DNA of 34,588 nt from a virus (Duplodnaviria > Caudoviricetes), in the IMG/VR virus record IMGVR_UViG_3300020431_000001, positions 1 through 34,588 of that record; one strand, given 5' to 3'. The first letter of the stretch is position 1. Each line of letters begins with the position of its first letter. The translations under genes and the position numbers were made by a program. Below the pieces are notes generated by a model. The model had not been told where the DNA came from, did no database searches, and saw only the letters and a list, made by a program, of their open reading frames with translations. Shown here one piece after another: positions 21,601-29,604 of this stretch.

Positions 21601-22573
21601 TGTTATTGGAGCGGTAAGAAGTAGTACATCATATGGTACTGGTGCTGGTTGGGGAACAGAAGGACTTGCACACTTTACACAATTAGGAACAGCAGTTACT
21701 TCTACTCAAAGTGACTTTGTTGGGGTAGCTCAAGCATCAGCTACTTCTGGTTCAAGTTTTATTGTTGCTACAAAATCATCAATATCTAAAGGACACTCAG
21801 GTTTAACTGTTGGAGCTAGTTATTATACATCAACAACTGGAGTAATTTCTACTACAGATACAGGATTGTTTATTGGTAAAGCAATTAGCGCAACAGAAAT
21901 ATTATTAAGTGCAAGTCAAGTAGATGGATATGAAATTGCACCTGGAAATAAAAGCATTGTTGTAACAGATAGCACAGGATCTTTACCAAAATTAAATGGA
22001 TCTAATTTAACAAACATAGCTGGTGCTACTGGGCCTGTATATTTAGGGGGAGCTACATGGACTGATAGCTCTACAAATACAAAATCTGTAAGTGTTGCTG
22101 GATTAGATGATAAGTATGATTTCTTACTTATTAAATGGTATGGTCATTGTGAAAGCGGTTCAATGCGTCCAGCTATAAGATTAGACAATACAACAAGCTC
22201 ATATCAAAATTATTTTAGATATAATTATCATTCAAGTACAGATTATAATAACAGTCAAAGTTGGTGGAGAATTACACGAGACAGTATAGCTCAAACAAAT
22301 AGATTTATGTTTCATGGAAAAATTTATTTTCACAAACTAGAATCAAATTATGACAGCAACTATAGCACAGATGGTGGTGGTGATGGTCATATGATGTATG
22401 GTAATTTTTATTCTTCAAATGAAAGCAACAATGCTAGAGTAAGAACTGAAAGTTTTTTAAGACATAGTCAATTAACTTCTCCAGTAAGTGAAATAGAATT
22501 TGGAGCTGAAACAAGCAGTCATTACTTTAGAGAAAATACATACGTAAAAGTATGGGGAGGAGTAGGAATATAA
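18686..22573 (+). CDS. Long tail fibre / receptor-binding protein with collagen-like repeats
   Basis: Gly-X-Y runs; DTTPQLGGNLD, FDQSD.TN.GHPL and LYYQC..H.YMG, NNLSDL...TARTNLGLG motifs; Ser/Thr/Gly-rich beta domains. Confidence 0.88.
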   Translation: MTITTVHGRMITDGSVGTADLDGSGVTTGFTGVSKTDNGDGTFDIIFTAVGGATYSITTPDLTGPTGLTGSAGTPGAQGQQGQIGQQGTTGNAGPPGTSGITITNASRTINSNYTLTFNFTFSDGSSHSFTSQNLRGAQGAQGNIGNTGPQGDQGVQGDQGIQGLTGQTGQTGTTGNTGATGTSISSIASTDNGNYTYDVVHTMSDGTTQTITTPNLRGPIGATGPQGSGLTDLQSDTTPQLGGNLDANDKSITNATIVSGKNISSEYGSSSAPVTFVVTVASKTSAHVYNGDGSGSGYFIDGVESPALNFGGADSTTSNSGYVYKFDQSDNTNSGHPLLFYTDAAKTTAYTTNVTTSGTPGSSGAYTQIEVTESTPNILYYQCSAHGYMGNYATTPSKNLGTAASSDASAFATSAQGTLADNALASSNNLSDLGSSSTARTNLGLGTASTLASGTSANQLLQLDSNAKIPAVDGSQITGIEAGGLGGRKTLTASGAVTAHDPIALLSNGQGIKIVETVASEVSSVSIQAEAQSSTYTGWPNQLGEGIGSTVSNAQVFGNFGARPIIFNTVNNYFVCAFGSNDNSGNVRLRAFTCDSSGNFEFGTTVIGYTQRATMFEICYNPDQNFVHMILRKNSDGGIKLKTISCANNLTLSVIADSDPFSGAGNCTWASIMYCTVLNSLVMVTKGTAPYPWSGSNQMLFRNYTVSANGSTSNGNGFISYWGQFEPFGGTGYGDGDYFLVALPTGTTGSTTSPGDSFGTVNDRPTGVLIGGNPTGSYYVETKFFHGAANSSGTTFYRGEQKSLTSLTTSTSNWWRMTAQYDPSSESVILAGVTQHPSYRPWYTAIAAKNLGNSTSSTNGYWSMTTPYNNGLNYLASNDGRSNYAPQIAPDSSNNKVLISYVGNHNGSYTATDLNKVVVYNLSVAGTPQSAPTFTLSSNVQTPVMQDTDGDHYLAQQSNGTAICFDNSGNGVIGAVRSSTSYGTGAGWGTEGLAHFTQLGTAVTSTQSDFVGVAQASATSGSSFIVATKSSISKGHSGLTVGASYYTSTTGVISTTDTGLFIGKAISATEILLSASQVDGYEIAPGNKSIVVTDSTGSLPKLNGSNLTNIAGATGPVYLGGATWTDSSTNTKSVSVAGLDDKYDFLLIKWYGHCESGSMRPAIRLDNTTSSYQNYFRYNYHSSTDYNNSQSWWRITRDSIAQTNRFMFHGKIYFHKLESNYDSNYSTDGGGDGHMMYGNFYSSNESNNARVRTESFLRHSQLTSPVSEIEFGAETSSHYFRENTYVKVWGGVGI

Positions 22574-22574
22574 C

Positions 22575-22880
22575 ATGGCAACAATAGTAACATACAAACT
22601 ACCACATGACGTTGATGAAGAAGGTAATCCAATAGATGATATTTATACTGGATTGTTTTTAGAAAGATTAGAAGATGATAATGATTACACGCAAGATGAA
22701 AATGGTTTAACTCGTATAGATGATGATGGTGTTTTAATTTTTAAAGCACACTCATCTGTTAATACTAATGTTTATTACAATATCAGTGAAGAAACTTTAC
22801 CAGAAGATTTAGTTTTTCATAAATATTTTTTTAATGGAACTGATTGGACTTTAAATTCTAATTATGTAGATCCAGAATAA
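22575..22880 (+). CDS. Acidic hypothetical protein, probably fibre-associated
   Basis: 101 aa, RBS upstream; C-terminal KYFFNGTDWTLNSNY. Confidence 0.65.
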   Translation: MATIVTYKLPHDVDEEGNPIDDIYTGLFLERLEDDNDYTQDENGLTRIDDDGVLIFKAHSSVNTNVYYNISEETLPEDLVFHKYFFNGTDWTLNSNYVDPE

Positions 22881-23089
22881 TGTCTGGTCTTTCTCCACTT
22901 GAACAAGGCAAGCTTCTTGAAGCAGTTAATAGATTGTCAGATCAGGTGGAAGATCTTAATGACAGACTTTTAGTAATGGAAGCACAGGTTGCAAGAGGTA
23001 GAGGATTACTCTTTGGAATAATTTTTGCAGCTGGTGGTCTATCAGCTGGTCTAACAAATTTTTTATCCACATACTTTGGAGGTAACTAA
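22880..23089 (+). CDS. Small coiled-coil protein with C-terminal TM segment (lysis-module-like)
   Basis: G.L...V..L coiled coil followed by hydrophobic GLLFGIIFAAGGLSAGL. Confidence 0.6.
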   Translation: MSGLSPLEQGKLLEAVNRLSDQVEDLNDRLLVMEAQVARGRGLLFGIIFAAGGLSAGLTNFLSTYFGGN

Positions 23090-23229
23090 TGAAAAAATCA
23101 TTAGCAGTAGTATTTATTTGTACGTTTACCTTTGTTGGTTGTGCATCATCACACATAAATGTGAGCACAAATGTACCAACAGGGAAAAACATATCAATTA
23201 AGATAGAAACTACAGACAAAATAGATTAG
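23089..23229 (+). CDS. 46-aa predicted lipoprotein, absent from the ORF track
   Basis: GGAGG RBS, TAATG coupling; MKKSLAVVFICTFTFVG-C signal peptide with lipobox. Confidence 0.7.
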   Translation: MKKSLAVVFICTFTFVGCASSHINVSTNVPTGKNISIKIETTDKID

Positions 23230-23343
23230 TAGTATTTAAACAAACACAGAAGCTCATACAGTTAATGTTTTAATTCTGTATCTTCTACTATTCAAACAAA
23301 ATTTTAACTGTACTGGTGCTTATTTATAGGAGAATTTTTTCTG

Positions 23344-23781
23344 ATGATCGCATTACTCGGCTCAGTTTTGGGCTTTACATCCAGTACTCTACCAAGTGTA
23401 TTAGGATTCTTTGAAAAAAAACAAGAACACAAACAACAACTAGCATTATTAGAAGCTCAAGCTAAATATAAAGTGTCTGTTGCTCATGCTGAAGCTGATG
23501 GAAAAGAAGCTGAAGGATTATACAAGCATGATTCAACACTAGCTACTCACTCTGCCAAGTGGGTTACAACTTTTGCTAGTACTTGTAGACCAGTCATTAC
23601 ATATTTATTTTTATTCTGTTACTTAGGTGCAAAGACTGTTGCTATTGTGCAATCATATCAAAATGGTATAGAGTTACACAAGAGTATTGATTTGATCTAC
23701 ACAGAATATGACGCTGGTATCATGGCTAGTATAATTTCTTTCTGGTTTGGTCAACGTGCTATGATGAGGAGAAAATCGTGA
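23344..23781 (+). CDS. Holin-like membrane protein
   Basis: Hydrophobic N-terminus; RPVITY and IISFWFGQR motifs of 3TM GTA-type holins; RBS AGGAG. Confidence 0.7.
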   Translation: MIALLGSVLGFTSSTLPSVLGFFEKKQEHKQQLALLEAQAKYKVSVAHAEADGKEAEGLYKHDSTLATHSAKWVTTFASTCRPVITYLFLFCYLGAKTVAIVQSYQNGIELHKSIDLIYTEYDAGIMASIISFWFGQRAMMRRKS

Positions 23782-24068
23782 AGGTATCAGACTCAAGTGT
23801 AATATCTATACCATTAAGAAACTTGGTAAGTTTAGTTGGTGGTGCAATGATACTTGTTTATGGTTACTTCGGTGTAACAGAACGATTAAATTTTTTAGAG
23901 CATGAGTTAGAACTACAAGATAAAGATATTATTCTTAACTCTGAGTTTAGAATTAAATGGCCCAGGGGAGAGATGGGTTCTTTACCAGATGATGCACGTC
24001 AAGACATGATGATTGATATGTTAAAAGATGAAGTGGCTACAATTAAAACAGAACTAGAAAAACAATAG
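23778..24068 (+). CDS. Conserved hypothetical membrane-anchored protein
   Basis: GTGA overlap; TM segment then FRIKWPRGEMGSLP.D..Q motif and coiled coil. Confidence 0.65.
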   Translation: MKVSDSSVISIPLRNLVSLVGGAMILVYGYFGVTERLNFLEHELELQDKDIILNSEFRIKWPRGEMGSLPDDARQDMMIDMLKDEVATIKTELEKQ

Positions 24069-24076
24069 GAGCTAAT

Positions 24077-24289
24077 ATGATTAACCAAGAAACTTTTTTA
24101 GAAGATGTAATAGAGGATGACCAACAAGTATATGTCATACCTTATGCAGACAAGTTAAGGATATGCGTTAATAACAAAACAGTCTGGAAGCCTATGACTG
24201 TTGATGCGTATATGCACTTTATTGTTGGATGTATAGACTCAATGCAAGAGATGAGAAGATTAAACAAATGCAAGTGTGGTAAAAACTAA
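24077..24289 (+). CDS. Hypothetical protein
   Basis: AGGAG RBS; coupled to the next gene. Confidence 0.65.
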   Translation: MINQETFLEDVIEDDQQVYVIPYADKLRICVNNKTVWKPMTVDAYMHFIVGCIDSMQEMRRLNKCKCGKN

Positions 24290-25326
24290 TGCCTATGCCA
24301 CCTGTACCAGAGGAAGAATTGTTAGAAGTTCTTACTGCTGATGAAAGTTTCAACAACAGATACGAAGCTGCTGAATCTTTAGGATTAAAATACGCAACCT
24401 ATATGCAAAGATTACATAAGGCTAAAAACTTACAACCTGATTTTGAAATACCAGATCTTCCTAATGAAGAGATGGACATAGAAGAATTAGTACAGACTGT
24501 AACAGATAGATACGAAAGAAGAGCTAAAGCAAAAGATGCTCAAGACTGGATTGATATTAAAGTAAATATTGATGGGCCTATAGGTATACTATGGATGGGA
24601 GATCCACACATAGATGATAACTACTGTAACTGGACTAGACTAAGAGAAGATATAAAACTTATACAATCTAACTCAGCTATTAAAGGTGCGTCTATAGGTG
24701 ACGTTCATAATAATTGGATAGGTCGTCTCAGTTTGAAATGTAGCCCTGAGCAAGAGACCACTACGGCACAGACTTATGCTCTTATACACTGGCTTATAAA
24801 CAATATGGATCCTCTTATATTAATTAGGGGTAACCATGATTGTTGGACACCGTTTCATAAGGATGCAATGACATGGATGTCACAACCTAAAAGCATTACT
24901 AATGACTGGCAAGTAAAGTTTAAATTAAATTTTCCTAATGGGTATAGTCTTAGTGTAGATTCTCGTCACGATTTTCCAGGTCACTCTCAGTATAATCCTC
25001 TTCATGCTCAGATGAAAGCTTCTCTTTGGAATAGTGATGCTGATCTGTATATTGCTGGTCATCGTCATAACTGGGCAATCCAGAAAATAGAACAACGAAA
25101 TGGGAAAGTTGCTTCGTTAGTTCGGTTAAAAGGATATAAAGATTACGATCAGTATGCTGTTGAGAAAGGGTTTTCTCAGCAGAAACATGGTCAATCAATA
25201 CTGCAAGTGATTGATCCATACTCTTCATCAGAGTCAAAACAGAATTTCTTTGAGAATCCTCAAGAAGGTCACGACTTTCTTTTGTATCTTCAAGATAAGT
25301 ATGGTAAAGATCCACATAAGAAGTAA
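24289..25326 (+). CDS. Calcineurin-like metallophosphoesterase with N-terminal HTH-like segment
   Basis: GDPH, GDVHN, GNHD, RH, GHRH metal-binding motifs; AAESLGLKYATY..RL HTH-like start. Confidence 0.85.
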   Translation: MPMPPVPEEELLEVLTADESFNNRYEAAESLGLKYATYMQRLHKAKNLQPDFEIPDLPNEEMDIEELVQTVTDRYERRAKAKDAQDWIDIKVNIDGPIGILWMGDPHIDDNYCNWTRLREDIKLIQSNSAIKGASIGDVHNNWIGRLSLKCSPEQETTTAQTYALIHWLINNMDPLILIRGNHDCWTPFHKDAMTWMSQPKSITNDWQVKFKLNFPNGYSLSVDSRHDFPGHSQYNPLHAQMKASLWNSDADLYIAGHRHNWAIQKIEQRNGKVASLVRLKGYKDYDQYAVEKGFSQQKHGQSILQVIDPYSSSESKQNFFENPQEGHDFLLYLQDKYGKDPHKK

Positions 25327-25570
25327 GAATATTTTTATCTAATACCTCTGCTTTCTTACAACCATGCATTATAGTTGAATGATCTTTGTTAAACTTGTGT
25401 CCTATCTGTGTGTAAGATAAGTTAGTAAATTTTCTTGATAAGTAATAGGATATAAACCTAGCGTTGACTATAGCTTCGGTACGTCTTGAGCTTTTGATTT
25501 CATCCCATGAAGTATTGTTATCTTCTAATACTTTATTGATAACTTTGTTAAGTGATTTGTTTTTGAACAT
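24950..25570 (-). CDS. DnaA domain IV-like (Bac_DnaA_C) HTH DNA-binding protein
   Basis: S.RR...IV.AR.I.YYLSRKFT.LSY..IG..F.KDHSTIMHG..K; likely start ATG at 25570 with AGGA RBS; C-terminal tail overlaps the phosphoesterase antisense. Confidence 0.8.
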   Translation of the reverse strand: MFKNKSLNKVINKVLEDNNTSWDEIKSSRRTEAIVNARFISYYLSRKFTNLSYTQIGHKFNKDHSTIMHGCKKAEVLDKNILTSYVDLYHTYLEDTKESRDLLEDSQRNSVLTLMKSMDQSLAVLIDHVSAEKTLSQQHTDRNLYILLTELTKQLSHFVVLFSGLPSYDDDQQYTDQHHYSKEKLSSEHEEDYTESDLENRDENLH

Positions 25571-25613
25571 AAGATTTCCTTTATAACATTTATATTTTTT
25601 TTTGGTACGCACT

Positions 25614-25654
25614 AAAAAAATAACCAGAGATCGCCGTTACGAAATCTCTGGTTA
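25614..25654 (-). terminator. Rho-independent terminator downstream of ssb
   Basis: taaccagagat/atctctggtta stem; the A7 at 25614-25620 gives a U-tract on the - strand. Confidence 0.7.
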
Positions 25655-25717
25655 ATAACTTCTAAGACACAATGATAGACTGATAACCTTATAAGTTTAA
25701 TGGAGTGTTATCAGTCC

Positions 25718-26137
25718 TTAGAACGGTATATCACTATCATGTTTCTTTGATTCTATAGCTGGTGTTGATGCAGAAGTGTCTGTGTTTGCGTCAGATTTTT
25801 TGTCAAGAATCATAATCTCTCCACCAAATGACAGCTCAACACTATACATCTTAATTGTTTTACCATCATCTGTGTCCATCTTATAGTACTTAAGATCTCC
25901 TTTGATGTATAGCTTAGCACCTTTCTTTATATATGGAATTATATATTTATCTATTGTGCTTTCATTCCAGACTACTACTCTATGCCATAATGTTTCTTCA
26001 TCATTAGCACCAGTCTTAATCTTTGTTGCTATAGAAAGTACGGCATACTTCTTGCCGTTGTTTGTTTCTTTAATCTCTGGATCATTCCCTAGATTACCTA
26101 TTAGTTCTGTTGTTGCAAGTGTACCTGAGTAACTCAT
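25718..26137 (-). CDS. ssb: Single-stranded DNA-binding protein
   Basis: LIGNLG.DPEIK, T.WHRVVVW, KKG..LYI.G.L, acidic C-terminal DSDIPF. Confidence 0.95.
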   Translation of the reverse strand: MSYSGTLATTELIGNLGNDPEIKETNNGKKYAVLSIATKIKTGANDEETLWHRVVVWNESTIDKYIIPYIKKGAKLYIKGDLKYYKMDTDDGKTIKMYSVELSFGGEIMILDKKSDANTDTSASTPAIESKKHDSDIPF

Positions 26138-26544
26138 TTTATGCTCCTGTTATCATTGTTGTTTTTAAAATCGTCTGACTCTACGTCACTATAGAATGTA
26201 GAGTATACATCAACACATTTAAGAACGACTCTATCATGCGCTCTCTTCTCTGCCATAGCCAAAGGGTATGCGTTGTGTGTATTCTTACTGCTAGTCTCAC
26301 CAAAGGATTCAATTTGTAATCCTGTTACTGTATTCTTTGCAGTTGCTTTAAGATATATGTTGCCTAGTATTTCTTTAGGCTCACTATATGTTACGATAAT
26401 TTTATTGTAAGCAGCAATTCTTTGGCAAGCTTGGTTACTTAATATCCATTGCTTGTTTTGTTTTAACTGCCATGCAAGTTTATCGTTTGGTTCTATGTCT
26501 GGGCAAAGACTTTTAATCTTTTCCCACGCTTGTTGTTTATCCAT
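26134..26544 (-). CDS. Putative ssDNA-annealing/recombination protein
   Basis: SFGE.S..N...AYP.AMAEKRA.DR..LK motif; sits between exonuclease and ssb. Confidence 0.55.
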   Translation of the reverse strand: MDKQQAWEKIKSLCPDIEPNDKLAWQLKQNKQWILSNQACQRIAAYNKIIVTYSEPKEILGNIYLKATAKNTVTGLQIESFGETSSKNTHNAYPLAMAEKRAHDRVVLKCVDVYSTFYSDVESDDFKNNNDNRSIK

Positions 26545-26548
26545 TGTG

Positions 26549-27448
26549 TTATCCTTTTAGTCTTATTGATAGGTCATTTCTTTTATTACGGCTGACCACA
26601 ACACCGTTGCAAGTAACAGACTTTGCGTCATCTGGTACTAATTCTTTGAGAGCTTCGGCTGTTTGTTTGCGTCGATCCTCAGACTCTTTGGCAGTCTGAT
26701 GCTCGACTTTATAATCGTAACTTAAGTTGTTAAACTCATTACCAAACGCTTCGTCTTTCCTCTCATCAAGATTATATATCACACCTTTGTCTGTTGCAAT
26801 CTTTAACTTCTTGTTTATATTATCTTTTGTCCAGACAGGAAGCGCTCTACTAAACTCTTCGTCATCCATCATCTCTTGCTTAAACCAATCATCAGTCTGG
26901 AAATTTTCTATTAGATCTAATATATCTTTGCATCTATCATAATAAGTTTCAATAAATTCAGAGTCTCTATATACAGTACAATAATCATGTGATGCATTAC
27001 CAAATATACAAGAGAATATTATTTCTTCTTTACCAGATACCATCATATGATGTTGTAATTGTGGGTAGTAATAAGCCATTGCTTTGTCTAATGTATTACG
27101 TTCATTAGTGTGCTTAACTTCTATAATATAACCACTATAAACAGCGTCTACTGTACTGACTAATCTACCTTGATAACGTTTAAAGTGTTCTTGTTCATTC
27201 ATTATTTGTGGAACAAAAATATCTTTATCTTTATTAAGTTTTTTGCGTAACCATTCTAAGTGAAATGACTCAGTTAATATACCTAACTGTACTGGTAGCA
27301 CAGCAGACAAATCATCTGGATCTTTGAGAAAGAATTTTTCTTTCATCATGTTGGTTATCTTTCCGGTGGCTATACTAATAGCATCACTGCTACCTATTTT
27401 TGTACTGTAGTATAGCTGTCGTTCTCCTTCTTTATATTCATCGTTCAT
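26549..27448 (-). CDS. YqaJ/lambda-exonuclease family recombination nuclease
   Basis: IGSSDA, STVDA, IIEVKH, YYPQLQHHM motifs. Confidence 0.85.
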   Translation of the reverse strand: MNDEYKEGERQLYYSTKIGSSDAISIATGKITNMMKEKFFLKDPDDLSAVLPVQLGILTESFHLEWLRKKLNKDKDIFVPQIMNEQEHFKRYQGRLVSTVDAVYSGYIIEVKHTNERNTLDKAMAYYYPQLQHHMMVSGKEEIIFSCIFGNASHDYCTVYRDSEFIETYYDRCKDILDLIENFQTDDWFKQEMMDDEEFSRALPVWTKDNINKKLKIATDKGVIYNLDERKDEAFGNEFNNLSYDYKVEHQTAKESEDRRKQTAEALKELVPDDAKSVTCNGVVVSRNKRNDLSIRLKG

Positions 27449-27451
27449 TGT

Positions 27452-28009
27452 TTACTCCTTAAGTTGTTGGCATACTTGTTTATGTAAAGTGATTAAGTAT
27501 TTTTTAAGTATGCGTTTTGGTATATCTACTTCGTTACTGTACTTAATCAATACAGCAATAGTAGGGTAGTCACCTGTAGTTATTACTTTAGTACAGGCAT
27601 ATTCCAAAGCTACTAAACTGTATTCTTTTAGTGCTTCGTAATATAAGTTAATAAAATTATCAGCATCGTTATCTGGTATTATTTTGGGCCAAAGTAAAAA
27701 TACTTTAGACAACAGCTCAACAAATGCTTCTTCATCTAATGGTACTAATAACTTAGTAACATTAAATAGATCTGCTTCAACATCATCTAAGGCATTACTT
27801 AGTTCTGTCTGAGATAGAGATGATGGTATCTCTATTTGTGCTAGAAACTTTACTCCTTCCAGATATTGCGTTGCGAATTTTGTCAGCGGCATCCGTGCTT
27901 TCTGCAACAGGGTATTCATCTGTCCATCTTCCTGATTGTAGCCAGTTGTTTGCGTGCTGTGTGTACTGATTTGATTCTTTAATAAATTTTTTGTATCGTC
28001 TTGCTCCAT
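27452..28009 (-). CDS. Putative helicase loader/replication accessory protein (start uncertain, probably downstream of 28009)
   Basis: LYYEALKEY....LEYAC......YPTIA.L resembles phage loader-type proteins that follow initiators. Confidence 0.5.
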   Translation of the reverse strand: MEQDDTKNLLKNQISTHSTQTTGYNQEDGQMNTLLQKARMPLTKFATQYLEGVKFLAQIEIPSSLSQTELSNALDDVEADLFNVTKLLVPLDEEAFVELLSKVFLLWPKIIPDNDADNFINLYYEALKEYSLVALEYACTKVITTGDYPTIAVLIKYSNEVDIPKRILKKYLITLHKQVCQQLKE

Positions 28010-28172
28010 CTATTATCTCCTCCGATGTTGCATCACCATCTTGTATTGCTAATACAAAGTAGTATTGTGCTGACCACTTGTTAGTATGTAGGGGGTACTG
28101 TTCCCAGAAAGAATTAAACTCTGATTCTAAGTTAGCTTTCTTTAGGTCTTTTGGTTTTAATATTTTCATCAT
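27795..28172 (-). CDS. Replication initiator-like protein (C-terminal-domain type)
   Basis: F..FW..YP...K..A and H...WL...RW.DE motifs seen at the C-termini of phage replication proteins. Confidence 0.6.
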   Translation of the reverse strand: MMKILKPKDLKKANLESEFNSFWEQYPLHTNKWSAQYYFVLAIQDGDATSEEIIDGARRYKKFIKESNQYTQHANNWLQSGRWTDEYPVAESTDAADKIRNAISGRSKVSSTNRDTIISISDRTK

Positions 28173-28419
28173 GTTCCTCTATGTTTATTCTACACTGCAA
28201 AGCAGTAGCCCATGATGTAAGATTAAATGCACCTGGACTACGATCTCCACACTCCCACTTAGATACAAGACCATCGGCATTGCCCATTACATGGTCAAGG
28301 TCAGACTGTGATAAGCATAACTCTTCACGTCTAACCTTAAACATATAGACTAATTCCCAATACCAGTCTGGCTTGTATTGTTTAGTCTGCCTTGTACTTA
28401 TCCATGATTGTAGATCCAT
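28132..28419 (-). CDS. XRE-family HTH regulator
   Basis: RREEL.LSQ.DL...MG.....VSKWE.G.RSP. Confidence 0.85.
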   Translation of the reverse strand: MDLQSWISTRQTKQYKPDWYWELVYMFKVRREELCLSQSDLDHVMGNADGLVSKWECGDRSPGAFNLTSWATALQCRINIEEHDENIKTKRPKES

Positions 28420-28438
28420 GGCTAAGCATAGAATTGTT

Positions 28439-28876
28439 TTAGATCTTAGGCAAGTAAGTTTCTGCTAACTTGTTGTAAACAATATCAAGATCTACTGGCC
28501 CATGTAACTTAGGTTTGTAAGCTGTCATGTGATAATCACAATCCATTTTAATTTTTTCTTCTAAGTTATTAAAGTGCCATGTAGGTTTAGTTACAAATGT
28601 TACATCATCTTCTATATATTTAACTTGATAGTATTGATCTGCATCTGTAACCATTAAGAAGTTATAACCATGACTATCATTAAGTTCTTTTAATGCGTCA
28701 TTATATAACTTATCTATTGTCTTAACACTTTCTTTTGCACGCTGTAGTTTTTCATACAAATCTTTCAAAGGTTTTAATTCCTTTGAATGTTTTTTGTTTA
28801 ACGCTGATATAAGTTTATCAGCATTATCTCTTAGTCTGTTAGTTAGTTCTGTTTTTATTTGCGCACTTAGTCTCAT
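28439..28876 (-). CDS. Hypothetical protein (coiled-coil)
   Basis: 145 aa; AGGAG RBS; ATGA overlap with the upstream gene. Confidence 0.7.
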   Translation of the reverse strand: MRLSAQIKTELTNRLRDNADKLISALNKKHSKELKPLKDLYEKLQRAKESVKTIDKLYNDALKELNDSHGYNFLMVTDADQYYQVKYIEDDVTFVTKPTWHFNNLEEKIKMDCDYHMTAYKPKLHGPVDLDIVYNKLAETYLPKI

Positions 28877-29118
28877 TGTATTCTCCTTTTAACTAATGCA
28901 CTGATGTCTTGAATAACATCAGTTATGTTGACCAGTTTTTTTAATGATACATTAACAACATACTGGTCTGGACTATTGTTAATATATTTTTCTGCTTCAT
29001 CTGTTGAGTTAGCTTGTACTACATAATCTACCTCAACAAATCGCATCTCTAATCTTTTAGTGTGGTACTCTTTCTTAGGTGTACCAGTTCTACCTCTGAT
29101 TCTACCTCTACTAGTCAT
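28873..29118 (-). CDS. Hypothetical protein
   Basis: Likely start MTSRGRIRG at an ATGA overlap; V.A.S..EA motif. Confidence 0.6.
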   Translation of the reverse strand: MTSRGRIRGRTGTPKKEYHTKRLEMRFVEVDYVVQANSTDEAEKYINNSPDQYVVNVSLKKLVNITDVIQDISALVKRRIQ

Positions 29119-29267
29119 GCGTATATCCAGCATTTGTATTGACCACACTCACCATCATCTGTTTCAACGCCACAGTGCACGCATATGCCTTCTTTCTTTG
29201 CTTCTTCTAATTGTTCCAGATGTTCTTGAGCTTCAGCTGCCCAAGTATTAAATGTTTCTTTACTCAT
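29115..29267 (-). CDS. 50-aa Cys-containing (Zn-finger-like) protein
   Basis: GGAGG RBS before MSKETF; CVHC...C...C. Confidence 0.65.
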   Translation of the reverse strand: MSKETFNTWAAEAQEHLEQLEEAKKEGICVHCGVETDDGECGQYKCWIYA

Positions 29268-29439
29268 AGTTATCCTCCATTGTGATTTTATATTCACTGG
29301 TAGTGTGAATAATTTTTTTTCTTCTATGCTTACCGTGTACTAATTCTACAGGTATACTACCATTTACTGTTACGTTACATAACAGTACCGCAAATAAAAA
29401 TATCGTGTTTGTTATTAGGTTCTTCCAATGAGTATTCAC
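29260..29439 (-). CDS. 59-aa hypothetical protein with N-terminal hydrophobic segment, absent from the ORF track
   Basis: GGAGG RBS, GTG start, MNTHWKNLITNTIFLFAVLLCNV...EDNYE. Confidence 0.45.
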   Translation of the reverse strand: MNTHWKNLITNTIFLFAVLLCNVTVNGSIPVELVHGKHRRKKIIHTTSEYKITMEDNYE

Positions 29440-29517
29440 CCTTACCTCCCACAGTAATAGGTAATACTAGGGAATAAATACTATATAACTAGCTTGACAG
29501 TTACGTTTTTTTTAGTG

Positions 29518-29604
29518 TCAGTTTATACTTAATTGTACTTGTATTGTAATAAACAACACGAGTATAAGTATTGTAACTATCAAAGCTTTTGCACCGCTAT
29601 CCAT
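29518..29604 (-). CDS. 28-aa hydrophobic peptide, absent from the ORF track
   Basis: TAATG coupling and GAGGAG upstream; MDSGAKALIVTILILVLFITIQVQLSIN. Confidence 0.5.
   Translation of the reverse strand: MDSGAKALIVTILILVLFITIQVQLSIN

Noticed and set aside
23230-23343. Intergenic inverted repeats (tacagttaa/ttaactgta; atacag/ctgtat)
   Set aside because: Short AT-rich stems that could arise by chance.
25678-25716. gactgataac/gttatcagtc inverted repeat after ssb
   Set aside because: Real, but no function can be assigned (mRNA 3' stem or operator); too little evidence to call.
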